The notes beneath the pieces are model-generated. The model was not told the origin of the DNA. It did not search any database and saw only the letters and a program-made list of their open reading frames with translations. Of a stretch of 64,000 nt of DNA, positions 23,483-35,851 are shown one piece after another. Source of the stretch: Amoebidium appalachense (Eukaryota; Protista; Ichthyosporea); assembly GCA_963693365.1 (NCBI GenBank), contig CAVNZM010000010.1, forward strand, positions 7,379,794-7,443,793. Direction: 5' to 3'. The stretch's first letter is position 1; each line of letters starts with the position of its first letter. The position numbers and the translations under genes are program-made.

Positions 23483-24601
23483 CTATGTGCTCAGGCGAGC
23501 ACGCTTACTTGCATCAGCCGTCTTTGGCTGCCAGACTCTAATCATACGGTCCTGCCCGGCCATCGCAACCATCCCCTCCTCAACTGTCACCGGTTCCGCC
23601 CACCACCACCACAGCTTCTCCTTTATATTCTCGCTGTTCACCAACTCACGCATAACATTTGCACTTTCGCCGCCATTTTGAGGCCAGAAGGGGAAAATGT
23701 GAAACATGTCCTTGGAGAATGCACACACGTAGTCTTCGCCGATGAACTCGGGTGGAACATGAGACTGGCACGTTGCGGGGTTAAACTTGTGTGTGGTTGC
23801 ATCACAACCAGCAAGCGTCCACTGTGGTAGAATTGCCACCCCAGATTCGTCCCAGGCCCCACACTCCACCGGTCTATGGTGCAGCCCATACGAATTTGGG
23901 GCCTTGTTCACCCACATAGCCTTAAGGGCCGTGCCACACAGTCGTGGCGTGCACGTTTCGTACCCGGAGAGTTCAACCGTGTAGATGTGTGTCCCATTCT
24001 CCACGTTGTAAACATGAATGTTCTGGTCCTCGCTAACAAGTGCCAACGCCTGCGCACTGCACTCCATCCTTCCATGAATTTCATCGAGAAGTTTGTATTC
24101 GATCTTCGTATTCCACAGGGAGTTTGTAGTGGCTACGTCCCAGCACGACAAGGGTTTGGCTCGAAAAGGAGCAGCTACCAGTTTTCGCCCGTCCGCACTG
24201 AGCACCCAGTGAGTAAATTCGACAGTCATCTTACTAATTCTCTCTCCGTCAACACCTCGGTAGAAAAACATCTCCACTTCACCGTGACTTTTCTCCGTGC
24301 CAAGAACATACGTTCCAGATTTCATGGCCGAGAACATGAACATGTTCCCACCCATCTTCCCGCTCTTTAAACACTTTCCCGTGTTGGTATCCCATAGAGC
24401 ATAGGCGAAGGCGTAGGGGTCGTTAACTTCGAATAGACCAAGCAAACGGCTGGTGGTTGGGTCTGCATGCAAGCACATGAGCTCTTTTCCGTAACTGTTT
24501 GCGCGGATAGGAACACAGTTAAGCTCACCCGCTAGAGCACAGGGGGAAGAAATATCGGGTAACGCCCTCTTAGGCGCGACTCCTGCAGCTGCTGAAATCA
24601 T
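23483..24601 (-). CDS. Intronless WD40-like beta-propeller protein (372 aa)
   Basis: Uninterrupted ORF with blade-end motifs ALWDTNTGKCL, LSCWDVAT, IHVYNVENG, CGAWDES, GQDRMIRVWQ. Confidence 0.7.
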   Translation of the reverse strand: MISAAAGVAPKRALPDISSPCALAGELNCVPIRANSYGKELMCLHADPTTSRLLGLFEVNDPYAFAYALWDTNTGKCLKSGKMGGNMFMFSAMKSGTYVLGTEKSHGEVEMFFYRGVDGERISKMTVEFTHWVLSADGRKLVAAPFRAKPLSCWDVATTNSLWNTKIEYKLLDEIHGRMECSAQALALVSEDQNIHVYNVENGTHIYTVELSGYETCTPRLCGTALKAMWVNKAPNSYGLHHRPVECGAWDESGVAILPQWTLAGCDATTHKFNPATCQSHVPPEFIGEDYVCAFSKDMFHIFPFWPQNGGESANVMRELVNSENIKEKLWWWWAEPVTVEEGMVAMAGQDRMIRVWQPKTADASKRARLST

Positions 24602-24929
24602 TTTTTGGCTTAATAGAAATGCGATGTTTGAGAAAAAATAAATTAAAAAAACGTGTTGTTCCAGAAAAAAACGTGTTGTTCCAGAACGCTAAGGATTACA
24701 GTGGTGTGTTTGTTCTGCACTCCGAGTGTTGTGGCGTGGGAAAGGTTTAACTGAATGACTACAAATCAAAAAATGTAATGTTGCTAAGGTTGCCGTCAAA
24801 CAAACTTTTCTGAGTTGTTTCGGCTCCTTTTTTTCAAATACAACAGGCCACTCTACAGCTGCACCTGTGTGGAGGCTGTTGGCCGGGGCCGCATGGCCCT
24901 GACTCATTGAGCGCGGCCCGCGGCGAAGG

Positions 24930-25280
<351 letters not shown>

Positions 25281-26482
25281 GGCCAAGGCCTCCTCTATAC
25301 TACGCTTGATTCATCAAGCTCAGGCTATTTAGAGACTAGCCAATTCTTTGTTCTGCGTGCCCCCTGGTGGGGGCACGCCTTACCGGTCTGAAGCCTTTGG
25401 CACGCACACACACACGCACAAACGCCTGTAAACAGTCACACAGTGACAGTGGCATAACGCATGAACGTTCACATACACATCACAAGCACGCGTGCCCCGT
25501 CATGTACACTTGCACGCACCACGCGTACATGTGCACAAACACACACACACAAACAGGTTAGCCTTCATGCAACTCAGTGACACTGCAGCTGATTGTGCCC
25601 AAGCAGTCACCCATGCATGCAGCATACCCGCCAAACGGCACAGGCCTATTAGTAAAATTGTTCTTACAAATAGGCCTAGGCCTGAGTCAGCCTGAGTCGC
25701 CACGTACATGTATACATCCACACGCGCACCCGGCGCACGCAAGCGCGTAGGCTACTCACTGCAGTGAGTGTAGTACTCCGTGACGGTCCCTCGTGCACGG
25801 ACGCGCTCGGAGCTCCGCCGCTCAGGCATGGACAGGCAGGCGCTGATCACGAGTCTGACGCTGGCAGCAGCAGAGGATCTAGATCTAGATTTCCTTGGCC
25901 ACGGCAATCATTGAGAGATTTGCCAGAGAATCTTCAAAACTTTAAATTTAATCTTGTAGATCCGGTATGCAGCCGCACACTGGCCGCTGACGCGGGCGCA
26001 GCGCGTGCAGCGCGCGCAACACGCATAGTCTCGAAGAAGTGTGTCACTTACTAGGTTTTGATAGACACTTACCAAAGTTTGCGCATGCCATGTTTCCGTG
26101 CCGTACTACCAGTTTTTGCTTACCTGACATTCATGTTAACACAAACACACATATATTAACAGACAGGAATGCACAACACAATCTACAGATGTACTCGCTC
26201 GCGACTATTGGCGAGCCATCCTTTTGAGAACAAAACTAAGCCATTTTGAAATAAAGGAAAGACAACGAGTGAGGCTAGCCAATCACGCTACCTCTCAGAT
26301 AAACAGAGGAGAGCAAACAGAAAAAAAAATACAATAAGTTCTTATCAGGCAAGAGAGCCAGGTGTGCACAGATCTACAGATATCTGTGCCCACAGAAACA
26401 AGGGAGAGAGAGATACGGGGGGGGGGGGGGGGGGGGGGGGGGGGGAGAGAGAGAGGGAGAGAGAGAGAGAGAGAGAGAGAGG

Positions 26483-26532
<50 letters not shown>

Positions 26533-27202
26533 AGAGAGAGAGAGAGAGAGTGTTGTATAATATGATCGTGTGTCTGTGACAAACAATATGTTTATAAATG
26601 AACGGGGTTGACTAGACCACGCTTTGCTTAGTTACGTGCTAGTCCTACTTACACCTAGTAAGCCGAGCACACTGCGTAAGCTCTGAAGCCCCCGACATGC
26701 CCTTATAACGGAGCTCGCACAGCGGCTCAGACATGCGCATCGGTATGTGCTTTTTGGCTACGAGAGCCAATCACATACGGTTCACGGTTCTGTCCCATGG
26801 CTATCACGGTTCCAATAAACCTATTGAGCCAATCGGGTGACAGTACTTGATTATCGATGCATTCCACAGTCATACCTCACGCGGCTACTTGCATATTTTC
26901 CCATGATAAAACTATAACTTAACGCTCATGGTTCCTCTGCTACGTGTCGGTCCCATGTGGCTATTATATCTGTTTTCCCATGAATAATCCTGCAAGTTGC
27001 ACGTGCACATACGTTTAACTCCATGCTCATGCGCACAAGACTGGGAGGGACATGCATACTGGCCTACCTAAGATCAAACACAGTGGTATATATACATGTA
27101 CACGTGTGCGTATATCTCAACCTGTGTACATCCATACTAGATATCCGGTATAATATACCACACGCCCCACCGTAAAAAGAAGTATGTCGTCCTCGACATA
27201 CG

Positions 27203-30200
27203 TCACCATGCTCCACACAATGAGTCAATGTATCCGTGGAACGATGCAAGGTCACCTCTGCGTTGGTGGAACTCTCGGATCTTGTCCGGGCAGGCTAAGT
27301 CTTTCTCAGACTCCCAAGAGGTGAATGAATCATCTTTGCCTGCCCACTTGATCTGGTACCACTTGTAAGGGGTGGATTGCTTGCGCCGTTTCTGAATTCT
27401 TACGTCAAGCACCTTTTCCACCACCCACTCGTCCGGCAGAACCTTGTTGAAGTTGTGACTATCGCCCGTGTCCGGGAGGTGAGAGAGATCTTGAGGCCGA
27501 ATTCTATTTTGCTCACTCAATTCAAGCTGAATATCGTCCACGTGCCACTTAGATTTCTTCATAGTTGCTAAGCTTCGGATCTCGTACGTAACCGGGCCGA
27601 CCCTTTTGACGATTTCGTAACCCGTAATCCACCGTACATCCCAGGCACCGATATTTTTGGCTTGATTCCGAACACGTATCCGTGCACCCTTCTCAAATTC
27701 ACGAGCCACCGAGGGGCCTGGGGGCTCTCGTACGGCACGTTGCTGGACCACAGCACGGAGCAGAGGCAGACGGGCTAGTAACTCTCGCCGGTATGCCTTC
27801 CACTCTGGGTCCTTGAGTGCCGGGTGGTTACTGTTAAGAAGGGCAACGTCAGGGAATTGTGTTGCTTCTTGCCCGTACACAAGATAATACGGTGTACATT
27901 GCAAAATTTTGTGTGTTGTTGTGTTGTATGCATGTGTAACCACCGGCAACAGAGTGTCCCAATTAGTGTGCTCATAATTAACGTACTTTGAGAGTGCATT
28001 ATTAATAAATCTATGAGACCGTTCATTGGAACCGTTGCTTTGTGGGTGATATACAGAGGTGCTCACTTGTGCAATATTTGCTATACGGCAAATCTCAATA
28101 ATTAGCTCATTGAGAAATTCTGAACCCTGATCACTCAAGAGTGTACGAGGGGGGCCGTGTATATAGCAAATTACATTCATGAGTGCATGTGCAACATTAA
28201 CGGCATGCTTAGATTGGATGGGCACAGTGATTAAATACTTCGTTGCCATATCCATAAACACACAAATGAAAGTATTACCATTTTTCGTTTCTGTGAACGG
28301 ACCCATAAGGTCAACAGAAACACGAGAGAACATTTTTAAATTTTCGTATCTCTGTTCAAATGGCCTACTTCTCAAGTGTGGGTTATCGTTACGGCCTTGG
28401 CACTGTGTGCAGGCATTCACATAAGCAGTGATATCTTTGTGCATGCGTGGCCAATAATAATTGTATAATCTTTCGTAAGTTCGTTCAATGCCAGTATGAG
28501 CCCCCCCGTCGTGCACACTTCTTAATAAATCAGCACGAAGGATTTCGGGCACATACAGGCAACGACGACCATCCTTAGCCACATGATAAAGCACGTCATC
28601 CTCTATCACACACATTTGTGCTATTTTCTTAACCTTTTTGTATCCGAAATACTCAAGATTAAGACCGTGTGCAGCTCGTTCCCCCCCTGCCTGCCATTCC
28701 CGTTTGGCCTCGGCATCGAGGGAGGCAAGCCACCGTAGCCACGTGATTATATCCTTACACATTTTGTCCCCCCCTGTGCCATCATAATTGCTTCCTTCTG
28801 ATAGCCGGCACCACCGAGTGCAGAAAGGGAGGGCAGGCCGGCTTGACTGAGTGCAGAAATTTGTGCACATTTCAAGCGGTCTGGATCGAAAATGTGTGTG
28901 AATTCGAGTGCATCGCCCCAATCAACAAACACTTCGGCTGGTTGCGAGCTAAGCTCGGATAAATCTGCTGTGAGAACCTCTTGTAATTCCTTTTTCACAT
29001 CCCACCTTTCCAGTGTTATGTTTTCGTTCTCATGCAGAATATATCCTATACGGCTTAACCCATCAGCATCGTGCATGGTAGGGCCAGGACGGTAGTATAG
29101 ATCGAAATCATACTCCTGCATTTCCAAAGCCCACCGTTGCATCCGTTCGTTTGCTATCCGTTTGACACCTTTAAGAGAAAGACAGGGCTTATGGTCACTT
29201 TCCACAATAGTATTTACTCGACCATACACGTACACCCTAAACTCTTTCAGTGCCCAATAGATTGCATGCGTTTCTCGTTCGATGTTGCTCCACCTACGTT
29301 CGGTAGGTTGAAACATCCGGGAGGCATATGCCACCGTGCGGAACTTGCCATCATTTTGTTTTTGATACAGGCAAGCCCCTTCCGAGAACCGACTAGCATC
29401 ACAACGAATAAGAAACTGACCCCCCGTGGGGGAAAGATCGGGCAGGGCAAGCACTTCCTCCGATAACGCCGATTTTAAATCTTTAAACGAGCGATCTAAT
29501 TCGTCCGTCCATTTTAACCGTCGGTGTTTTTTCTCCGTAACACTCGGCATTCATGGGTCGGGCTCGCTCTGCATAATTTAAAATGTGACGGCGGAGATAG
29601 GAAGTAATACCCAGAAAACCCCGGAGTTGGTGTAGTGTGTTTGGTACCGGCCAATCTTTCACTGCCTGAACCTTTTTCGGGTCGGGCCGAATGCCATTCA
29701 CACCTACAATCCAACCCAAAAACGGTATTTCCGTTAGCCCAATATATGTCTTTGCCCCATCGAGCTTTAACACCATATTCACCGAGACGGGTGAAAAGTC
29801 GGTCAAGCTTCTGTATTAATTCTGTTTCGGTGTGTGCACCCACAGCTAAATCATCAGCATATATCACCACATCATCGGCCAGCGGGGCCAAAATCTGTGT
29901 CATGATAGATGCTAGCTGGGACGGGGAAGTACTGAGCCCCTGTGGTGTCACACAATAACGATACTGCACACCAGCCACAGAAAATCCTGTTTTTTCACGT
30001 GACTCAGCGTCTAGCAGTATTTGGTAAAAGGCACCCGACATATCAGCTTTACAGAAATACTTATACCCAGCCAACTTCTCTATTTGTTGTTGCAAGTTGG
30101 GCATGGGCCAGGCAGATTTTCGAATTTGCTTGTTAAGAGCACGAAAATCAGTCAGCAGACGGTATTTTCCGTTTGGTTTTCGTATTACGAAGGTGGGTGA

Positions 30201-31699
30201 ATTATACTGACTGTGTGCTTGTTCCATCTGCCCTCTATGACACATATCCTCCACGATCTCCTTTGCAGCCTGCTCTTTCACTTGTTCCAACCTCCACTGT
30301 TTTAATCGAATCGGTGGGTTATCTCCCGTGTCTATGTGCATGGTGAATCCTTTAATCTGAGGAAATTCGTCGGGGTCCGTAGTGGTGAAGCAACGAGAGT
30401 GTGCTTCTAATAGTTTCTTAACCTCCGGAAGCATACTCTGAGGCACCCTATTCCAATCAAAACCGTGGGGAGCCTGGCCGGCATCGTGTGCACCCCCACC
30501 CGAAATTTCCGAAATTTTTCGCGGGGGGGGGGGTTTTCATGATCAACGGCACACATTGATTGGTCGATCGGTGAGTGTATCGGACCGCCTCGTGTCCCAC
30601 TCACATGCCCTTCGTGCCCACACATGTTATCGGTAGGCACCCGGCCCGGTGGCACGGCCGGAGGTGAATTGGGTAGGCAACCTTCTCCACCCCCCGTTGC
30701 CCACCTGATGCACTGCGCTATTGCACCAACGACGGTTTGTGTACGACTGGGGTGGGGTTCGGCTTGCAAAACACTCAGTTCGTGTATGTACTCATGTCGG
30801 CTCGTAGGAACGAAATGACCGATGGTACCGAACACGTTCAAATCCGGACCCACACCATTTTCGCACACAACAGCAATAGATTTATCCACACTAAGTTCAC
30901 AGATGGTGGGGGGGAACTTATCTCGAAATTCACGAGTAGGCTCGAAGATACCGAGGGTGCCAGCAGCAGCAGCAGCAGCAGTCACCTGCACCGTTGCACG
31001 TAATACACATCCAAAGCCAGATTTGACGGTGGTGTCGTGCTTGACGGTAACAGGACACATTGTGTAGGGGGTGTGCAAAGATGACGTCGGCACCACCATC
31101 CCCGACACCAGTGTTAGTGAGTGTGCTTGATGATTAGTGGTGGCAATGTGTTTGTTGGCAAAATCGTTCCCAATAATCATGTCATGCTTAATATTTTTAA
31201 TTACTAAGCAAGGCCACATGAATGTTTGAGAACCGAGGCATAACGGGAGCATCACTTCACCACTCACAGCTAGAGCTTTATCGTTTTTTCTTACAGAAGT
31301 AACAATCACATCCGAGGGTTGCAAAGCAAACTCCTGCATGTGTCGGGAAAAAACAGCTTCACTAACCACCGTGAATGATGCCCCAGTGTCAAACAATGCA
31401 AAGTATTTTTCATTACTCAACGTAACATTAACATAGATACGTCTTCCTGCATTGCATATGGCACTTATATCGAACACTTTTCTTATTCTATCGAGTGTTC
31501 GAAGTTTCTTTGTGGGGGGGGATAGGTGTGGGGGGGTGGGGGGTCGGGGGTCGGGGGAAGGGGGCTCGGAGGGGGGAATATCAGAAGAAGCCGGGGCAGA
31601 AGCACATGGTATAGGCACATTTTTAATTACTTTTTCGTGACCCACTGGGTCACAATGTGCAATACATGCCGTATTCGTGCTTCCAGCACCGGCAATTAC
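27203..31699 (-). CDS. pol: Gypsy pol (PR-RT-RNaseH-IN-chromodomain), with several frameshifts
   Basis: ALFDTGASF (PR); LTDFRALN, PQGL, YADD (RT); CDAS, ERETHA, SDHKP, ADGLSR (RH); H..GAHTG/C..C, VDLMGP, SDQGSEF, NGSNER (IN); WVVEKVLD..YQIKWAG..SWESE (chromodomain). Confidence 0.93.
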
Positions 31700-33598
31700 C
31701 TATTTATCACTTTGCTTGCCCTTCTTCTTGGCAGCTCGGGTGGGGCAATCTTTAAAACGATGCCCCGGCTGCTTGCAAGCCCAACAATTGGGCCCCCTCT
31801 TATCTTTCTTATTTTCCTTAGCCCATTTGCCCCCCCCATTAGATTTACCCTTACCACCAACATTACCCCCACTACCTCCGTGGCCACCCCCGTGACCACC
31901 ACCACCACCACCATGCCCCCCACTACCACCACCCATCTCATCTACAGCACCCACATTACGGTTACAGTTTAAATTGTGAGCACCCACATCAGCCTCATAC
32001 CGTCGGATGACACGGCCCATGGCTTGTTTGAGGGTGGTTGCAGCCCGGGCCTCGGAACAAAGGTCCGGGTAGTCGTTGAGGGTACGTTGGTAATGATGAA
32101 GCACAACCTCGGGCATGTCCTTGAGACCCGAGTTGGAGATGATGCAATTAAATTTCTTGTGGAATGTCTTTATCGAGGCCCGAGTGTGCATAAAACGAAG
32201 CTTGTTCAGCTCGTTAAAATGCTCCTCCTTACGTTCCTTGTCTAAATACTTCTCAAGGAACTTAGCCCAAAAATCGTCGATGCCGGTGCACGTGGAAAGG
32301 TCGACGTTGTCGGCAGCATCTCGGGGGTCCCCGGGGCCCATGCACATACGAATAAACATCAACGTGCGATTTAAGCCCACCAACTCCATAATACAAAAGA
32401 AAATTAAATGATGTTGGAGTTGTTTGTAGAATTCGTCGATATCGGCATCTGCCTCGAGCATAGGACGGGACTGAATTGCTGCTGAGGGGATGTGTTGAAT
32501 CTTTTCCTTCCCCTCCCGGTCGTCACCGTTGCCGTCGTTACCGTCACCGTCATCACCACCGTCACCGTCGTCGCCACCACCATCACCACCACCACCACCG
32601 GCACCACCAGCACCGTTAGCACCTCCGGCACCATTAGCACCACCGGCACCACCGTCAGCACCACCGTCCGGGGGAGGTGGGGGGCCACCGCCACCTGCAT
32701 TACCATCCCCATTTTCGTTGGCAGCAGGAGGGGGGTTGTTATGCCCCCCCCGGCCACCACCACGTCCACCCCTACCACCACGGCCAGAGTTCTTACGGGG
32801 GCCCCGTCCGGCACGAACCCACGAGGGGAGCATGCTTGGATTAAATTTTCGAGGGCCCCGGTTACCATAATAAGTAACCACTAGGTCGAGCTCACCACGA
32901 CTAAGAGTCACTAATTGATTGATAAATTCATGTGACTTAGTGATGGGGGAAGACTGCCCTGAAAGGCACGCGTAGTTTTGCCTGGAAGTGAATACATTCG
33001 CGAGGGCGAGTAGTTGTTGGTGGAGCAAGGTGAGTGCCGTCGACGAACGGTACAGTGCCGTGCGCGCTGTACAGCTGGCAAACTTCGATACCAAAAATGC
33101 CAGCAGCACGAACAGAAGGAGACACCCAAGAACGCACCAGCACCAAGCTGCCAGGCTCACGCCCGTCTTGTTGTGCAAATTTGCATACTCCGTTAGGGCG
33201 CGTATGAGGGCGTCTGGTGCCTCGGCTTGCGTTTGCGTTGACCTCGACATATAGCCCGTGGAGAAGGTCGACTGATGAATGTCGATTGTCTTCAGGTGGC
33301 AAGTCTTCGGGGTCAAATGATTGGCCGTAGTCGGTTTCCCCTGAATGAAAAGAGAAGCAGTATTGATTGTCGTGTTGCAAGTCGTGTGAACGGAAGTAGA
33401 CACGGTCGAGCAACGGAAGGTCTGCTCCAGGAGGGTGCCACGGTGAAGAGCCGGGGGGGGAAAGGGGAACATTATAGCCGAGTTCTTCCAGAAAAATGAT
33501 GTCGGCGTTTCTAGCTTCCCCCCCATGCAGGCCACTAGGGCCGGCATTGTTGTCACCAAAGTGGTTAGACATGTTAGGACCCAAACAACTAAAAACAT
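31700..33598 (-). CDS. gag: Gypsy gag with long N-terminal extension (start codon uncertain)
   Basis: C-terminal zinc knuckle CWACKQPGHRFKDC, capsid-like helical region, and RGG/Gly-rich linkers. Confidence 0.85.
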   Translation of the reverse strand: MFLVVWVLTCLTTLVTTMPALVACMGGKLETPTSFFWKNSAIMFPFPPPALHRGTLLEQTFRCSTVSTSVHTTCNTTINTASLFIQGKPTTANHLTPKTCHLKTIDIHQSTFSTGYMSRSTQTQAEAPDALIRALTEYANLHNKTGVSLAAWCWCVLGCLLLFVLLAFLVSKFASCTARTALYRSSTALTLLHQQLLALANVFTSRQNYACLSGQSSPITKSHEFINQLVTLSRGELDLVVTYYGNRGPRKFNPSMLPSWVRAGRGPRKNSGRGGRGGRGGGRGGHNNPPPAANENGDGNAGGGGPPPPPDGGADGGAGGANGAGGANGAGGAGGGGGDGGGDDGDGGDDGDGNDGNGDDREGKEKIQHIPSAAIQSRPMLEADADIDEFYKQLQHHLIFFCIMELVGLNRTLMFIRMCMGPGDPRDAADNVDLSTCTGIDDFWAKFLEKYLDKERKEEHFNELNKLRFMHTRASIKTFHKKFNCIISNSGLKDMPEVVLHHYQRTLNDYPDLCSEARAATTLKQAMGRVIRRYEADVGAHNLNCNRNVGAVDEMGGGSGGHGGGGGGHGGGHGGSGGNVGGKGKSNGGGKWAKENKKDKRGPNCWACKQPGHRFKDCPTRAAKKKGKQSDK

Positions 33599-33646
33599 AG
33601 TACTTGCTTGATACGAGCACACTTGCAGCACAAGAACAGCGCTGCA

Positions 33647-33662
33647 GGGGGTGTAGCTCAGC
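33647..33662 (-). promoter_or_regulatory. Primer-binding site complementary to the 5' end of tRNA-Ala
   Basis: + strand GGGGGTGTAGCTCAGC directly abuts the 5' LTR. This is the classic tRNA-Ala 5' start, and no TGG-type PBS is present. Confidence 0.65.
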
Positions 33663-34386
33663 TGTTGTATAATATGATCGTGTGTCTGTGACAAACAATA
33701 TGTTTATAAATGAACGGGGTTGACTAGACCACGCTTTGCTTAGTTACGTGCTAGTCCTACTTACACCTAGTAAGCCGAGCACACTGCGTAAGCTCTGAAG
33801 CCCCCGACATGCCCTTATAACGGAGCTCGCACAGCGGCTCAGACATGCGCATCGGTATGTGCTTTTTGGCTACGAGAGCCAATCACATACGGTTCACGGT
33901 TCTGTCCCATGGCTATCACGGTTCCAATAAACCTATTGAGCCAATCGGGTGACAGTACTTGATTATCGATGCATTCCACAGTCATACCTCACGCGGCTAC
34001 TTGCATATTTTCCCATGATAAAACTATAACTTAACGCTCATGGTTCCTCTGCTACGTGTCGGTCCCATGTGGCTATTATATCTGTTTTCCCATGAATAAT
34101 CCTGCAAGTTGCACGTGCACATACGTTTAACTCCATGCTCATGCGCACAAGACTGGGAGGGACATGCATACTGGCCTACCTAAGATCAAACACAGTGGTA
34201 TATATACATGTACACGTGTGCGTATATCTCAACCTGTGTACATCCATACTAGATATCCGGTATAATATACCACAGAGAGAGAGAGAGAGAGAGCACAAAG
34301 AGGGAAAGCAGACACGAATACAAACAAGCTAGGACACATACATACTTCAAGGCTCTTGCTGTCATACATGGTGACGTATTCCAACA

Positions 34387-35132
34387 CTCTGCCCTGTGCA
34401 ACTTGAAGGTACACGAACTTTGGGGGCTCCCATACCCTCCCCCATCGGTCATGTCCGCCCTTACACAGGGGTACACCCGCACCCATATGCAGCGTAACCC
34501 CGACAAGCTGGCCGACCCGCGGCAGTTCGATGCCGAATGGGTGTCCCTCATCCTCACCCACCAGCCGCAGACCACCTGTTGCCGACACACAGCGGCGCCT
34601 GGGAGTGCTCCTGTTGGCCTACCTCTGGGGCCTGCGGTGGACCACGGTCACCGAACTGCTCGCAGAAGACGTGGTTTTTGAAGGCCCGCACCCACAAGGC
34701 CACCGCGGCATCACTCTACGGCTGCCGAAAATCCAGCAAGGCGCGGGCAAGTTGCGTGACCCCGTCGTGCGCACGCGAGTGGTGCCCACCATCTGTGTCC
34801 CGGCCCTACAGGCAGCAGTGGCTGCCACCCCCCGTCCCCCCGGCGCCCCCCACTGCATCCTCCCTACCGGTAACGTCAACCACCAGACCGAGTGGATGCA
34901 GCGCGAGTTGTGCGCTATCGGCGTGGAGCCCCTGTTAGCCAACGCCGTCGCCTTCCCAGTGCCTCCGTCATGGCATAGTCGGCGCGGCCAAGGCTGCGGG
35001 GGTCTCTGACCAGCAAATTGATTGGCTCGGCGCCTGGCTTGGCGCGAAGCCGGCCACCTACGGCACCGGCCACCAACATACAGCCGACGACGTGCTGTAT
35101 TTTGAAGCCCTGCGGGGCCTTTTTTGCAGTTG
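34387..35132 (+). pseudogene. Tyrosine recombinase, C-terminal catalytic part (DIRS/Ngaro/PAT-like), frameshifted
   Basis: LLAYLWGLR (catalytic R), SQCLRHG..AAKAAGVSDQQIDWLGAW....PATY (HxxR-like, GxW, Tyr). Joins the N-terminal part at 41764 through TSD CTCTG. Confidence 0.85.
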
Positions 35133-35851
35133 ATTGTGTAAAGGATCTCTAATAAGCTTGTAACGGCGCAATACTTGTCTGATCATGAAGGCAGCAGTGG
35201 ACGCAGGTAGCAACCATACATCTAAATACTTAGCGTGATTCATCAAGCACTATTTAGAGTGTTTTCAAGTTCTAGGGCAATCATTGTTTGAGATGGTGTT
35301 TCTAACAATGATAGCCCATTGGGTGAGCTCGAGCTCCGTTGGTATATAAGGAGCGAACTTCTACTAGTCGTTAGCTCATTTCCCAACGTCGCACCTACTT
35401 CACCCACCCACCGTGACCCGCCCGAGCTCTAGGGTTGCATCATCCCAACTTTGCATTGCATGCACAGCTCCTGAGCTTTATGCGCACGTCCCCACAACAC
35501 AACACACACACATGCACACACACATGCACACACACACACACACACATGCACACACAACACACGTGCACATGTTCACTCACACACCCGCACACACCCGCAC
35601 ACACACATACACACACAAAACACACATATACACGCATGTACACGCACACACGCATGCCCCCCTCAGGCTGCGCACGGGTGGTGGGGAAGGGAGTGAGGTT
35701 TTGGTAAGGATATGAGAACAAGGTTGTGGTAAGCCTGTAAAGTGATGTGTGTAGCTGTATGTAAGTGTTGTCGACGATCTCTGTGTTGATCCCACAGGGA
35801 TCACAGCCTGAACCGAGCTTATAAAGCAATCGAAAGCAACCATACATCTAA

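Larger units (their letters stand above)
26551..34274 (-). mobile_element. Full-length Ty3/Gypsy LTR retrotransposon with chromodomain integrase
   Basis: 612-bp LTRs 26551-27162 and 33663-34274 (TG..CA, apparently identical), TSD GAGAG, PPT-like GGTGGGGCG, domain order gag-PR-RT-RH-IN-CHD. Confidence 0.97.
26140..34386 (-). mobile_element. 5' part of a Copia-2 family LTR, interrupted by the Gypsy element and split by an inversion
   Basis: 26140-26550 plus 34275-34386 is the reverse complement of 61722-62165. It starts TGTTGGAATACG and is flanked by TSD CTCTG (34387-34391). Confidence 0.85.
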
